DNA from: Octopus bimaculoides
Taxonomy: Eukaryota
Assembly: GCF_001194135.2 (NCBI RefSeq)
Contig: NC_068984.1
Coordinates: 90,116,329 to 90,180,328, forward strand
Direction of reading: 5' to 3'
Length of the DNA stretch: 64,000 nucleotides
Each line of letters begins with the position of its first letter. The first letter of the stretch is position 1. Positions 39,372-50,895 of this stretch are shown in pieces. The position numbers and the translations under genes were made by a program. The notes beneath the pieces are model-generated. The model searched no databases. It worked only from the letters and a program-made list of their open reading frames with translations, and was not told where the DNA came from.

Positions 39372-39761
39372 CTAATGTGGCAAGTGACTTCTAGAAATGC
39401 AGTCGATCGAAGGTGCCAAAATGCTAAGCTCGGTGATAGAGCTGACGTTTCAAATTCGCTTAAATATTACATATACTAGACTTCATCCGTAACCTTGTTT
39501 CCAACCGGCATTTGGTCTTTGATAGACCACTGTGTTGTAAATATTCGAAACAAATCCTTGGCCTGGGATAACTATTGCTTCCCACCATCTATGAAGTCCC
39601 GAAAAATCATTGAGATCACTATCCTTCCCCATGTCCCAAGTAGGGTTAATCCAAGTGCCACTGGTAGAAATTTTCAGATACGGGCTGGAGTAACATGAAG
39701 CGAAGTGCCTTTTCAAGGACAAAATGTGGCCCTGGAAACTCCAACAACTAGTCCACAGAAC

Positions 39762-39808
<47 letters not shown>

Positions 39809-40543
39809 NNNNNNNNNNNNNNNNNNNNNNNNNNNNNNNNNNNNNNNNNNNNNNNNNNNNNNNNNNNNNNNNNNNNNNNNNNNNNNNNNNNNNNNNNNNN
39901 NNNNNNNNNNNNNNNNNNNNNNNNNNNNNNNNNNNNNNNNNNNNNNNNNNNNNNNNNNNNNNNNNNNNNNNNNNNNNNNNNNNNNNNNNNNNNNNNNNNN
40001 NNNNNNNNNNNNNNNNNNNNNNNNNNNNNNNNNNNNNNNNNNNNNNNNNNNNNNNNNNNNNNNNNNNNNNNNNNNNNNNNNNNNNNNNNNNNNNNNNNNN
40101 NNNNNNNNNNNNNNNNNNNNNNNNNNNNNNNNNNNNNNNNNNNNNNNNNNNNNNNNNNNNNNNNNNNNNNNNNNNNNNNNNNNNNNNNNNNNNNNNNNNN
40201 NNNNNNNNNNNNNNNNNNNNNNTGTGTGTGTGTGTGTGTGTGTGTGTAAGCATGCATGTATGTAAAACAAGATTCTGGTAAAAACATTTTTATTTCCAGT
40301 TTGTATTTTGATTATAATTATATTTTGTGCTTCACAATATTTATGGGTTTGTTTTGTCTGCAAACTGCTTAAAATGTCACATTATGCATTCTCACATTAA
40401 GTGAAATGAAGGCAGGTTCTGACGAAGGGCTTATTTAAGCAATCACCTGAGGGGGCGCATTAAGCACCTTAGATGCATGATAATGATTGCACATCTTATC
40501 CATGTACTACGGATGTAAAAATGTATGAAAACAATTATATCAA

Positions 40544-40592
<49 letters not shown>

Positions 40593-40639
40593 ATATGTAT
40601 ATATATATATATACATATGTATATATGGGCATAGGACGT

Positions 40640-41140
40640 CACCAACAGAAAACAACTTGAAATACGAAAACAAATGGAAAACAGGACAAGTAACATAAAG
40701 AACGACCCTTCATCAGTTATCTACTCCTCATTTCGAGTATTGAACGACAATATGAGTGTTCGAAGACAGTTGCTCCCATAAGTACGAAAATAAAATTTGT
40801 GATTTATGGAGGGTCAAAGTTGGGAACAAAAACAGGACAGTGGAGGCATACAAGGAAACCGAACGAAAACAAACATGAAGGGTCGTTAGACCAGAACGTG
40901 GGTAAAATAGTGAACACTGCAGAAATATTTTCTTTGACAAGATAGAAGACAGAGATATGATACGTCCAGTCCTTAGGGCATTCCTGAAAGAAAAGAAAGA
41001 TGATCACGTGAGGAAGGGAAAGATGAACGGTGGTCACGTGTGAGCAACGAGAATGTGTAAAGGAGAAAGAGGGGAGAGAGGGAGAGTCAGACAGAAAACG
41101 GCGAAGGGAAGAAAAAAGGGGTTTAGAGAACGGATGAGAG
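40640..41140 (-). mobile_element. Penelope-type pseudo-LTR-like relic
   Basis: Minus strand ctcGAAAtgaggagtagataaCTGATGAagggtcgttctttatgtt parallels 19985-20045 (+). It has a pyrimidine-rich body with ctcgttgctcac, as at about 19640. Confidence 0.4.
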
Positions 41141-41251
41141 AGAAAATTTAATCTTTTTGATGCGACTTTACTCTATACTGTTTTCTCCTCTATCGTTTTC
41201 TCTTTCATCCTTTTTCTAATTCCCTTTTTTCTCCCCTTCCCCGTTCCGCAA

Positions 41252-41987
41252 CCATGGGATGAAGTTGATCAGATAAACTGCTGAAATAGTCTTGACTATT
41301 AATTCTGCCATGAAGGGAAACCATTGGGCCGGCGGATGTCCAAGATATAGCCCCTCCACATCATCTCAGATCCTCCTCCATGTTTAACACTTGGAAGAAG
41401 GCAGTGTGGGTCAAATGCTTCTTTTGGCTATCTCCACACGTATACTCAGCCGGTAGTCGGAAATAAGGTAAAGATGACTCATCCAAGAAAATAACATTCT
41501 TCCACTGCTTTAGAGACCAATTCGGTGGGTTTTTACTCCGCTCTAAACGCTTTGCAACGTTTGTTTTTGGAATTAGTGGTTTTCTGATTGCAGCCCTCCC
41601 GTGAAATCAGGCTTTGTACAGCTCCCGGCGAACAGTTTTTGTGGAAACTGGACTATCGAGGTGGTCATTATATTCTCTGCAGTAATTATAGGGGCTGTAC
41701 TTTTGTGATCCTTTCTAACAATTCGCGTAAGAGTCCAACAGTCCCTATCTGAAAGTTTTGGTTTTCTTCCGGAGTTTTATTTCGACGAGGAGGTTTTTCC
41801 CTCTTTCTCAAAGGTCGTCATTGCTTTTGAGACAGTACTTCTTGATGCACCAAACATTTCGGCTGTTTTTGTTAGGCTAGCACCTACCATACGAGTCCCA
41901 ACAATTTGACCTCTTGACGGTTTTATAGATATTTCAAAATTATGATTCTATTATGCTAGGTTTTTCCATTATTTTGTCCAACCCCTG
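41252..41987 (-). mobile_element. Tc1-family element 5' half (same family as 21084-22277)
   Basis: Colinear with 21490-22275. TIR ...ccattattttgtccaacccctg|ta. Confidence 0.9.
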
Positions 41988-42035
41988 TATATATATGTAC
42001 ATATATATCTGTAAAAATATGTGACACTTATTCGG

Positions 42036-42109
42036 TAGCCATGATAAAACTCTGAGTTTCGGATGCCGGGGTGGGAACCCACGCCAACATCTCTTCAGTT
42101 ATCCGGCCA
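42036..42109 (-). ncRNA. Type I hammerhead ribozyme, one base short of canonical at the base of stem II, in a pseudo-LTR-like unit (about 42010-42335)
   Basis: UGGCCGGAUAA-CUGAAGA-GAUGUUGGCGUGG[GUUC]CCACCCCGGCAUC-C-GAAA-CUCAGAG-UU-UUAUC(A)UGGCUA. Stem I is 11 bp with one bulge, stem II is about 12 bp, and stem III ACUC-A-GAGU is near-palindromic. Confidence 0.7.
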
Positions 42110-42344
42110 TTGAAAATTCCTGTGAAAAATGACCGTTAAACAAAGGGAAATTACTGTGTGGTTGACCCTTATTAAGGCAAAAGAGCTATAGACCCCTAAG
42201 TAAGGGGAGGGGGTAAAAGTAAGGGAGTAAAAATGTCTATAGTGTTCACGTAAGCGCACCAATCCGTATAAGTATATACTAAACCACCCTCGCTTGAAAC
42301 ACACACAAGCTCACCCATATACTCGCCAAAAACTATACATATAT

Positions 42345-42694
42345 GTACATACGTCCCCTGCTCAATTCAGGATCACAACATATAGGTACACTGCGGCATA
42401 ATTTCTTTTCCTCAACAGGCCCTGCCCTGTTTAACATTGTCCCGAAAGAGATAAAAGAGGAAAAGGATCCTATCAGTTTTAAACGGAGTCTAGACAGTTT
42501 TCTTCAAAGAATACCAGACAAGCCACCCATACCTGGATACAACTCACTCAATAAGAACTCACTACTTGAGTGGAACATAAACAAATCTTGACTGTAAAAA
42601 GGATTTAGATAATCCTATGATGTGGTGCTATTAACTTAGACATGACCTTGACCAATCTTTGGTCGAAACATATCTAAGTTTTATCTAAGTTTTT
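42345..42694 (+). mobile_element. CR1-like LINE 3' end with stem-loop and tandem tail
   Basis: GPALFNIVPKEIKEEKDPISFKRSLDSFLQRIPDKP is a CR1-group ORF2 C-terminus. Stem cttagacatg/catatctaag; tail (atctaagtttt)2. Confidence 0.75.
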
Positions 42695-43159
42695 ATATAT
42701 ATATATATATATTATTTATATTGTTATTAGATCAAACGTCATGCATCCATTTTCATGTAAGTTTAAATTCAATATCATTCCCTGAGGAGGCTTTTTGCTT
42801 TGTTCAACTTTATAATGCATTTTAAATGTGTAAATATGAACGACAGCAATTGGCCGAAGCGTAGGCAACATCAATGAATTTATTGATTTGACTAGAATTA
42901 AAAATTAATTATTCTATATGTATTCTCCATTTTCTTTGAACTTTTAAACTTTATCTCTCCTCTATCGAAAATGATGGAAATCTCCATAGCGACAACTGGA
43001 ATTTAAGAGGTGTAAAGAACTAATACCTAAGGTGATACCTAAGGTGAACAAACGATAAACACGAGTACATACATACATGAAAAATTTCCAGTATAGTTAA
43101 TTCGATAATAGCGCAAAACTGGTGTACGCTTGAATAATATATCTCTAAGAAAGAACAAT

Positions 43160-43300
<141 letters not shown>

Positions 43301-43911
43301 GACATGTTTAGTCTATTGAGAAGACTCAATCAATTAAGATGTCAATATTTGCCCCTGAAGAAATGTATGTAATCGCAATTTTCAAACTGCAGTTTTAATT
43401 TATAAATTTATAATTTGAATGAGTTGGGTATGAAAACAATTGTAGGCAAATGTAAACTGACAATATGTTAATAAATTGATGTTAAATCTCTCCATTTTCT
43501 TCTTTAGCATATACTATATTAAAATATACCCATATATACCGAAGTGAGACAAACATCTATTACAATATACATGGACGCTGTAATGTGTTTAATATTTGTG
43601 CCAATTATTAAATAATAAACACCAATACTACTAAGTAAAACGTGACTCAATAGTATTTCATCGATATATAGGATTAAACTGCGGAAAGTTGGATACTAAC
43701 ATCCCTTTTAAGAGGAATCTATATCCTCGCAATAACACATACACGCAAACATATATATATATATGTATGTATGTATGCATGCGTGTATGTATATATAAAG
43801 AGCGACACGCAACCAGCAATCAGGCTCTGTTGTGGGTTCCACACTCCATTATAGCGCCCAGTGGAATAGTCTAATATTGAGGAATATGTGCCAAATAATA
43901 ATAATGGTAAT

Positions 43912-44303
43912 CCTTTCTACTATAGACACAAGGTCTGAAATTGTGGGGAGGGGATAGAAGATTACATCGACTGCAGTGTTTCACTGGTACTTAATTTATC
44001 GACCCCGAAAGGATGATAGGAAAAGTTGACCCCGGCAGAATTTGAGCACAGAACGTGGTGACAGACGAAATACTGCCTAGCATGCTAATGATTCTTTTTT
44101 CTACTCTAGAGCCCAAGGCCCGAAATTTTAGGGGAGGGGGCTAGTCGATTAGATCGACCCCCGTACGCAACTAGTACTTAATTTATCGACCCCGAAATGA
44201 TGAAAAGCAAAGTCGACCTCGGCGGAATTTGAACTTAGAATGTAAAAATACGAAATATCGTTAAGCATTTCGTCTGGTGTGCTAATGACTCTGCCAACTC
44301 GCC
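43912..44303 (-). mobile_element. Two head-to-tail copies of a TAA-associated tRNA-derived SINE
   Basis: tttctact.tag..acaagg..gaaatt..ggggagggg...acttaatttatcgaccccgaaa..gatga occurs twice. Homologous to 46384-46545 and 49643-49793. Confidence 0.8.
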
Positions 44304-44344
44304 GACTTACAAAATGGTAATATTAATAATAGTAATTATTTTTA

Positions 44345-46050
44345 TAGAGTTGAAAGGGTTAGAAGGCTAAACAATGCAACATGGACTATAAGAGATGGTA
44401 ATGGTAATATGTTGGTTGGTGTCTCTACATTTGTCAATGTAATTTTTTGAATGAGGATGCGCGTGTGTTAAGGTGCTCTTTAAAGCGTGTGTTCGACTCG
44501 GGCTACCAATGTTGGATTCAATCCGGTATACTACATGTGTCCGCTAGCACATACCTGTACCACGGATAAGGCAGTTAGTCAGCGACTATTGATTATTATT
44601 GTCGCTGGATTGCTTTTTAGACAGGTATCCACGCAGAGAAGGGCCGGAGTGCGCTAACTGTATGTCCAGTCCTTTGCGAATAGCTCTGCTGATATCTCTG
44701 CGGATAGCTGTAGCTATGCTTTCGCTGAATGGTATGCTTTCGTGGTAATTTCATGAAGACGGTGTTAGAGGAGTTCTTATGCCTGCAGCGCCTTCGATTC
44801 TTAAGTCGATTCATTCTGGATGTTGGGTATCCGTTCATTTTCAGTACATCTTTGAAGTGTGTAGTGTGAGTGATCTGGTTCTCTGTCTTCCTACATTTAT
44901 TCCGGATACGTGTGAGTTCATTTCTTATGTATCCGGTTTTAGCCCCAAGGAGAAGGGCTGATCTATAATGCACAAACAGGTCTCTACTGGCAGCTTTCTT
45001 ATAGAAGTTGGTGTCTATAGTACCTTCATCTGTTATTTTAAGTTGAAAGTCCAGCAGAGACAAAGAACCATTTTTATCGGGGTGTATTATGGTAAATCGT
45101 ATGTTGTTATCTGTGTTTGGAAATGTCCTAGATATATTGTCTGCCTCTTTACGGGATGATGTGAGGATGAATATATCATTTATGTATTGGGTGAAGAAAA
45201 CACAGGAGCGGCAGGTGTTGAGCGCTCGACGTTCCAGTCGGTTAATCTAGGTGAAGGCGAGAAGGCTTGAAAGATTGGATCCCATGGGTTGGCCTACTGT
45301 TTGTTTGTATATGTGGTTGTAGAAAGTGAAATATGTATTTTCAACTGATGTATGTCTTTTGGAATGAGGTCAAAGCAGTATATGTTGTATGAAATGATGC
45401 AGTCCGTCACTAAGCTGACCGCTAGATGAGCGGGTGGTATCTCATAGAGGCAGACAACGTCTAGGCTAGAGGCATATCTGTTGAGTTTAAGTTGGTAAAG
45501 GTGTATTTGATGTAATCTTCGCATGACTTCGTCAGAGCTGCTGACATGTCCAGGAAAAGAAACAAGCATAGGCTTCAGGATCTGGAAGAGAAACCAGGAG
45601 ATTTTTATAGGGGTGGGGGCCTTCTATACTGGAGACAATTAGCCTAACCTATAGATTAAACATTGGTTTTGTGGGTTTTGATGAGGTGGTACAACGTTGG
45701 TAGTCTACTGTTCCTGGTGGTGAGGTTGTGTTTATATTTGCTGGGGAGTTGTCTACGTCTGCAGATATCCGTCCAGGTAGTGCTGATGTGATCTTCAGTC
45801 TGGGATGCAGTAATGTCTGTCACGTCTCAATATACTTCACCGTTGTTAAGGTGCTCATATATCAAGCTGTTGTATGTGTCTCTCGAGATGACGCAGAATT
45901 CTTTCCCTTTGTCTGAAAGGAGGTATACGAGGTCCTTCTCTCGCATGTTGCTTAGAATGAGGTGTTCTTTCTTGGAGAGGATAAGGAGTACCTTCTTATG
46001 TTTCAGTAACATGCTAAAAATAGACTTGGTTGATAGGCGGTGGAGAAAGT
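44345..46050 (-). mobile_element. Penelope-like element (RT plus GIY-YIG), decayed
   Basis: LSDKGKEFCVI, SLDVVCLYEIP, MGSNL..YINDIF, LLDFQL..FYKK..FVHYRSA..NGYP and VVYRI..RFKEH, with frameshifts and stops. Confidence 0.9.
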
Positions 46051-46150
46051 AATAATAAGCACCAAAAACGCTTGGAAACGACTAAAGAAAATTTAAAATT
46101 TTATCCCAAAGAGAGGAAATTGCTGCATTACCCAATGAAAGTTCCTTAAA

Positions 46151-46190
46151 CCCTGATGAAGGGGCGGGCCGTTAGATCCCGAAATATAGA
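46151..46190 (+). ncRNA. Decayed hammerhead core in the Penelope-flanking pseudo-LTR
   Basis: CUGAUGA-A-GGGG...UCCC-GAAA-UA-UA. Core and stem II are present, but stem I has only 1 bp. Confidence 0.4.
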
Positions 46191-46383
46191 ACAGATAAAA
46201 GAACAGCAGCAACAATAAAAGACAAAGTAAAGCAAAGATTACCAGGTAACTTGCGTTTAATTTTCGTAACCTCATCTTACAGCTTATTTTACCTTGTTTA
46301 GCCTTCTTTCTCTTTCAACGTCACATATACACAATGCATCGAGCAAACTATAACATTTTATTAATAATTATTATAATTATAAT

Positions 46384-46545
46384 CCTTTTTATGGGGAGGA
46401 GACTAGTGGATTACATCGAAATCGGTATTTCACTGGTATTTAATCCATCGACTCCGAAAAGAAGAAAGGCAGAACACGAAGACAAAAGAAACGTAGCTAA
46501 GCATTTTGTCCGGCGTGCTAACGATTCTGCCTGCTCGCCTCCTTA
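46384..46545 (-). mobile_element. TAA-associated tRNA-derived SINE (internally deleted)
   Basis: The reverse complement begins aggcgagcaggcagaatcgttagcacgccggacaaaatgc. It is flanked by TAA-rich sequence on both sides, with a (TAA)n array at about 46547-46605. Confidence 0.8.
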
Positions 46546-46608
<63 letters not shown>

Positions 46609-46610
46609 TC

Positions 46611-46725
46611 TTGGTATAAAAGATGTTGTATTGGTATAAAAGATGTTGTATTGGTATAAAAGATGTTGTATTGGTATAAAAGATGTTGTATTGGTATAAA
46701 AGATGTTGTCTTGGTATAAAAGATG
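46611..46725. repeat. 20-bp tandem repeat, about 5.7 copies
   Basis: The unit ttggtataaaagatgttgta is repeated with no spacers. Confidence 0.97.
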
Positions 46726-47178
46726 GGTTACAGCAAATATTCAGCTCAATACTATAGATTTGCTTGTCAGTTGTTTAACCATAACCAGTTGAGCATGTCC
46801 CTTAGTGGCTGACGATATGTGCATCTCTGATCACGAGCAGAAGTAGTGGGCGAGCATCATAGCCATGTGTTGAGAGGAATTTTGGTGGGTTTGGATAATT
46901 CACCTTTGGAAACATGGGTGTTTTGTTTCACATTCTTAAGCAGCCCTTATTCAGGGACTTTTTGAGCGGGATGGGCTACTCGACCTGAAGAAAATCCTAA
47001 CTGGGCCCCCTTTCAAGGTCATGCGCAGTTAATCTTGATATGAGATCACCATGTCATGCACACATGGTTGTGATGCATGTGCCTGGAGTACCCTTATCAG
47101 ACGGGTAGTCGTGATGTGTCTAATGAGCTTCGTTTATTTTACCCCAATGTCACTTTGATGGCATGCACAGCTGTCTCA
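46711..47178 (+). mobile_element. Non-coding interspersed repeat (unclassified, LINE-tail/SINE-like)
   Basis: GC-richer non-coding block lying between a (TAA)n array and an R4 fragment. The family assignment is by resemblance only. Confidence 0.4.
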
Positions 47179-47180
47179 TT

Positions 47181-47731
47181 ACGCAAGAAGAGACCAGAAG
47201 AATTACGCAAGGAGGTACAAGAAGAATCACGCAACAAAGGACTAGAAGAATTACGCAACAAGGGGCTAGAAGAATTACGCAAGAAGTGACTACACAATGA
47301 ATTCCATGTAGCTACAACAGAAGTTGCTGGAAAAAAATAGGTAGAATTGACTGATGAAAAGAACCCTAAGAAAAGAGACCGAGAGCACTATACTGACAGC
47401 GCAAGAGCAAGCTTTTGCCATGAATTGGAGGGTCAACCTTAGGAGTGAACAAGTGTCTCCACCCAAGGTGCGCCTCATATGCTATACAATTGAGGTTGCA
47501 TGCCTCTTTGACCCACGAATAGTCAAGAAGGAAGGCGAAAAGATAAATAGATACAACCTTCTTAAGTACGAAATAGCCCGGCTATGGAAAATGAAGAGGG
47601 TGAAGATAGTGCCAATTGTTGTTGGGTCCTTGGGAACAGTATCAGAAGGCATCAAGAGGAATATAAAGGAAATTGGAATAGAGTGCCCAGTAGAACTGTT
47701 ACAAAAGGTTTGCCTCCTTGGCATGGCAAGG
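47181..47731 (+). mobile_element. R4/Dong-clade 3' fragment with restriction-like endonuclease region, ending in (AAG)n(CAG)n
   Basis: TLRKETESTILTAQEQA, EVACLFDPRIVKKEGEKINRYNLLKYEIARLWKMKRVKIVPIVVGSLG and ELLQKVCLLGMAR. Internally deleted. Confidence 0.85.
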
Positions 47732-48234
47732 AGAAGAAGAAGAAGAAGAAGAAGAAGAAGAAGAAGAAGAAGAAGAAGAAGATGAAGAAGAAGAAGAAGA
47801 AGAAGAAGAAGAAGAAGAAGAAGAAGAAGAAGAAGAAGAAGAAGAAGAAGAAGCAGCAGCAGCAGCAGCAGCTGGTTAAATTTCTTCCAACCACTTGAAT
47901 TTTTATTTTTAATTCTCACCAGGTTATTCTCAAAAAAAAAATGTTCGGATGTAGATGTGCATGCTGATGATGAAAATCGCACTCATTTTTTTTCTAGACA
48001 TTAAAAATAAAAAAAGTTACAAGGCTTGAAAATTATGTAATTTTGGCCAGTCTAAACTTCGGTTGCCGAATATACCGAAAGTCGCGACAGTCTACATAGG
48101 TACATCACAGTGTTTGTCATTCATTTTCAGGAATTCATAAACACAACTAGATATTTTTCTTCTCATTAACTTCTGGTAAAGAACCGTTTTACATGTGGCC
48201 GTCCACTTTGTGATTTCCGCCCTGTTGTTGATAA

Positions 48235-48690
48235 TTTTATCCGTTTATACGGCTTTTGTGTAATGCTGGAGAATTTTTCAGCCAATACTCTTGTACCCCA
48301 CTAGGACATGGACATTTCTAGTTTGGAACCTTTGTTATCAGCTTGATCAACATTTCATTTGTTATTCTTACAGTGTTCTGTTTCACTCCATTTTCCTCCG
48401 ATCTTAATTCCTTCAACCATTCAACATCTTTCTTGTGATTTTTTCCATTATCCCAGATGTTACTCCAAAACCTCCTACTTTCTCCAGCGTCATGTTTCTC
48501 TCTGCTGTTAACTTTTCCGTTCAGCTGCTCATAAACCCTTATTTGATCCTGTTGGAACAACCAGTTAATTTCATATTGTTTAATTCTTTGGTCATATCGC
48601 TTGATTTTTGTTGCTTTCGCCTGCAGTTTTAGTTTCAGTTCTTCAAGGACTGCATTTAGCTATTTTTCTTGATCTTATATCTACGTTATA
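48235..48690 (-). mobile_element. R4/Dong-clade pre-RT fragment
   Basis: MFQQDQIRVYEQL..RRFWSNIWDNGKNHKKDVEWLKEL..KVPNWKCPCPSGVQEYWLK. Confidence 0.85.
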
Positions 48691-48735
48691 GTTCTTTGTT
48701 GTTGTTGTTGCTGTTGTTTCTGTTGTTGTTGTTTC

Positions 48736-49475
48736 ATTTACACACAAGAGATTAGACTGTTAGAGAAGAATTCCTAACATCGGACTACAACAAATAACCT
48801 TCGATGCCAAGAACCTTCCGAAGTAACCTAGCTATCCCTAATAACACTGTTTTCTAGAGCTGCACTAAACTAGATTTTAAGCATGTTTCCTCAACCCATC
48901 TGTTCAAATCTTTACTTGCACTTTCCGTAGCCTGTATGGCTCATTGCCTAAATCCTGGTAATTTGCTATTTTCTCTATACCTCTCATATTGATTTCTTCA
49001 TTGTTTGGGACTGTAAATTCAATTACCTGGTACTTTCTGTTCTCTTTGTATACTACTACTAAATCCGGCCTTCTAGATTCTATAATCCTGTCAGTCTGAA
49101 TTTAAAAATCCCAGATTTTGGGTGGTGCATCCTAGATCCTGTCATTATTTTTCTTGTTTTCCTGTCTATTTTAGATAGTTTCGTTTAGTGTCCAGTTAAG
49201 TATATTGTAGCTGTAATTTAAACTGGGACGGCTAATGTGTTAATACCTATTGTCTTGTTTTTAGCATTGAGTTCTGTTTTTAGTATTGATCTAACTCATC
49301 TATAGTACTCTTTCTTTATTTTCTCTTTCATTTGTATGTGTTGTATCCAATCTAGTTCATTGATTCCTAAATATTTGTATGGCTGGCTTTCGTCTAGTTC
49401 TCTTATTTCATTGGCTTTATCTAGTGTGATGTTGCTACTCTTAACTAGTTTTCCTCTTTTCAGGGTTGCTTTGGC
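48736..49475 (-). mobile_element. R4/Dong-clade 5'-truncated, internally deleted copy with 3' end and (AAC)n tail
   Basis: YKYLGINE..MKEKIKKEYYR..KTELNAKNKTIGINTLAVPV..IDRKTRKIM, ending LLGIARLLRKVLGI before (AAC)n at about 48696-48735. Confidence 0.85.
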
Positions 49476-49568
49476 AATTATCTATTATTATTATTATATT
49501 TTATAAAGGATTGGCGTAACTCTTCACGAAGGTAAATAGTCAAGACGAATAGCGCTCTTCGTCTTGAC

Positions 49569-49641
<73 letters not shown>

Positions 49642-49642
49642 T

Positions 49643-49793
49643 AAGGCAGTGAGCTGGCAGAATCGTTATCGAGGTCAACTTTGCCTTTCATCCTTTCGGG
49701 GTCTATAAAATAAGTACTAGTTGAGTACTGGGGTAGATTTCACCGACTATCCCCCGCCCCCAAATTTCAGGCCTTGTGTCTATAGTAGAAAGG
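49643..49793 (+). mobile_element. TAA-associated tRNA-derived SINE embedded in (TTA)n arrays
   Basis: aggcagtgagctggcagaatcgtta...ccttgtgtctatagtagaaagg, with long (TTA)n on both sides. Confidence 0.85.
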
Positions 49794-49847
<54 letters not shown>

Positions 49848-50816
49848 TGTTGCAACCTGCAATATGCTTGGATTGTATATATCTCATTGTCAAAGATTTA
49901 TAAAGCAATGCTCATTTTCCTACATATATTGAATTTTGAAGCCTGGCAAAAAAATTAACTCGTAATAAACACAAAGGATCGTCTACGTGGTCGCTTGGCC
50001 TGCTGTAAATGGCAGTCAAATTTCTCGCAAATTACATCTACAATGGCGAACTGTAGCAATATAGTGAATAATGTTTTCGTGCTGTATTTGTATCATCTTC
50101 AGTACTCACAAATGAATACGGTGTTATAATGTAACACTTTTGATTAACATTACAAACCTAGTTGAGAAAAAAAAATTAAATTTTTGCATTCACATTTCCC
50201 TTTAGGATACAAACACAGAAATATTTAACTCCAACTCACTTGAAATGACCAAACCAATATTGCAAATTTCGTTGTTGAAATTTCTTTGATCATAAAATTT
50301 CTCACACAGGGTTGGCATCAACTGGTGAAGTCCTCATATGAAGACGTTCCATCGATTTTCCAGCGACCAAACTTCTATAATTATTGCAAGCATTGTCAAT
50401 GTAGGAGCGCAAGATTTAGCGTAACAATACTCGTAATACAACAGACTTCCCACTCTCGTATTTAATTTGAAGACCGTGATGTTTCCAGCTAATTAATTTT
50501 AACCGCTTCAATTCTAACGTCTGTAGAGTGACACAGAGATCTATTCAAATCGGTTCAAATAAAATTGCTCCCCCAGACGAATATATCAACGCAATAATAC
50601 TAAATCAGTTAAAGCTATCTATCTGACGTCGATAAAATTATATATCTATTATAAACTTATACATGTCAGATTTAGTCATTTGTGTTGTCCCAGGATAGCA
50701 TATGTCTAATACGCTTCTATCATTCGACTGCCACCTTCAATTAACTGTTTTCCAACGGCTGAATCTGTCTCCTATCTATATATTATTTCACCCCCCTTTT
50801 CTTTCTGATACACACA

Positions 50817-50895
<79 letters not shown>

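Noticed and set aside
39483-39760. GC-richer coding-like island between microsatellites
   Set aside because: I could not assign it to any protein or TE family by eye; BLASTx is needed.
42635-42678. Stem-loop containing GAAAC at the CR1 3' end as a hammerhead
   Set aside because: There is no CUGANGA core; it is better explained as the LINE 3' recognition hairpin.
46611-46725. 20-bp repeats as a CRISPR-like array
   Set aside because: The units are contiguous with no unique spacers, the context is eukaryotic, and there are no cas genes.
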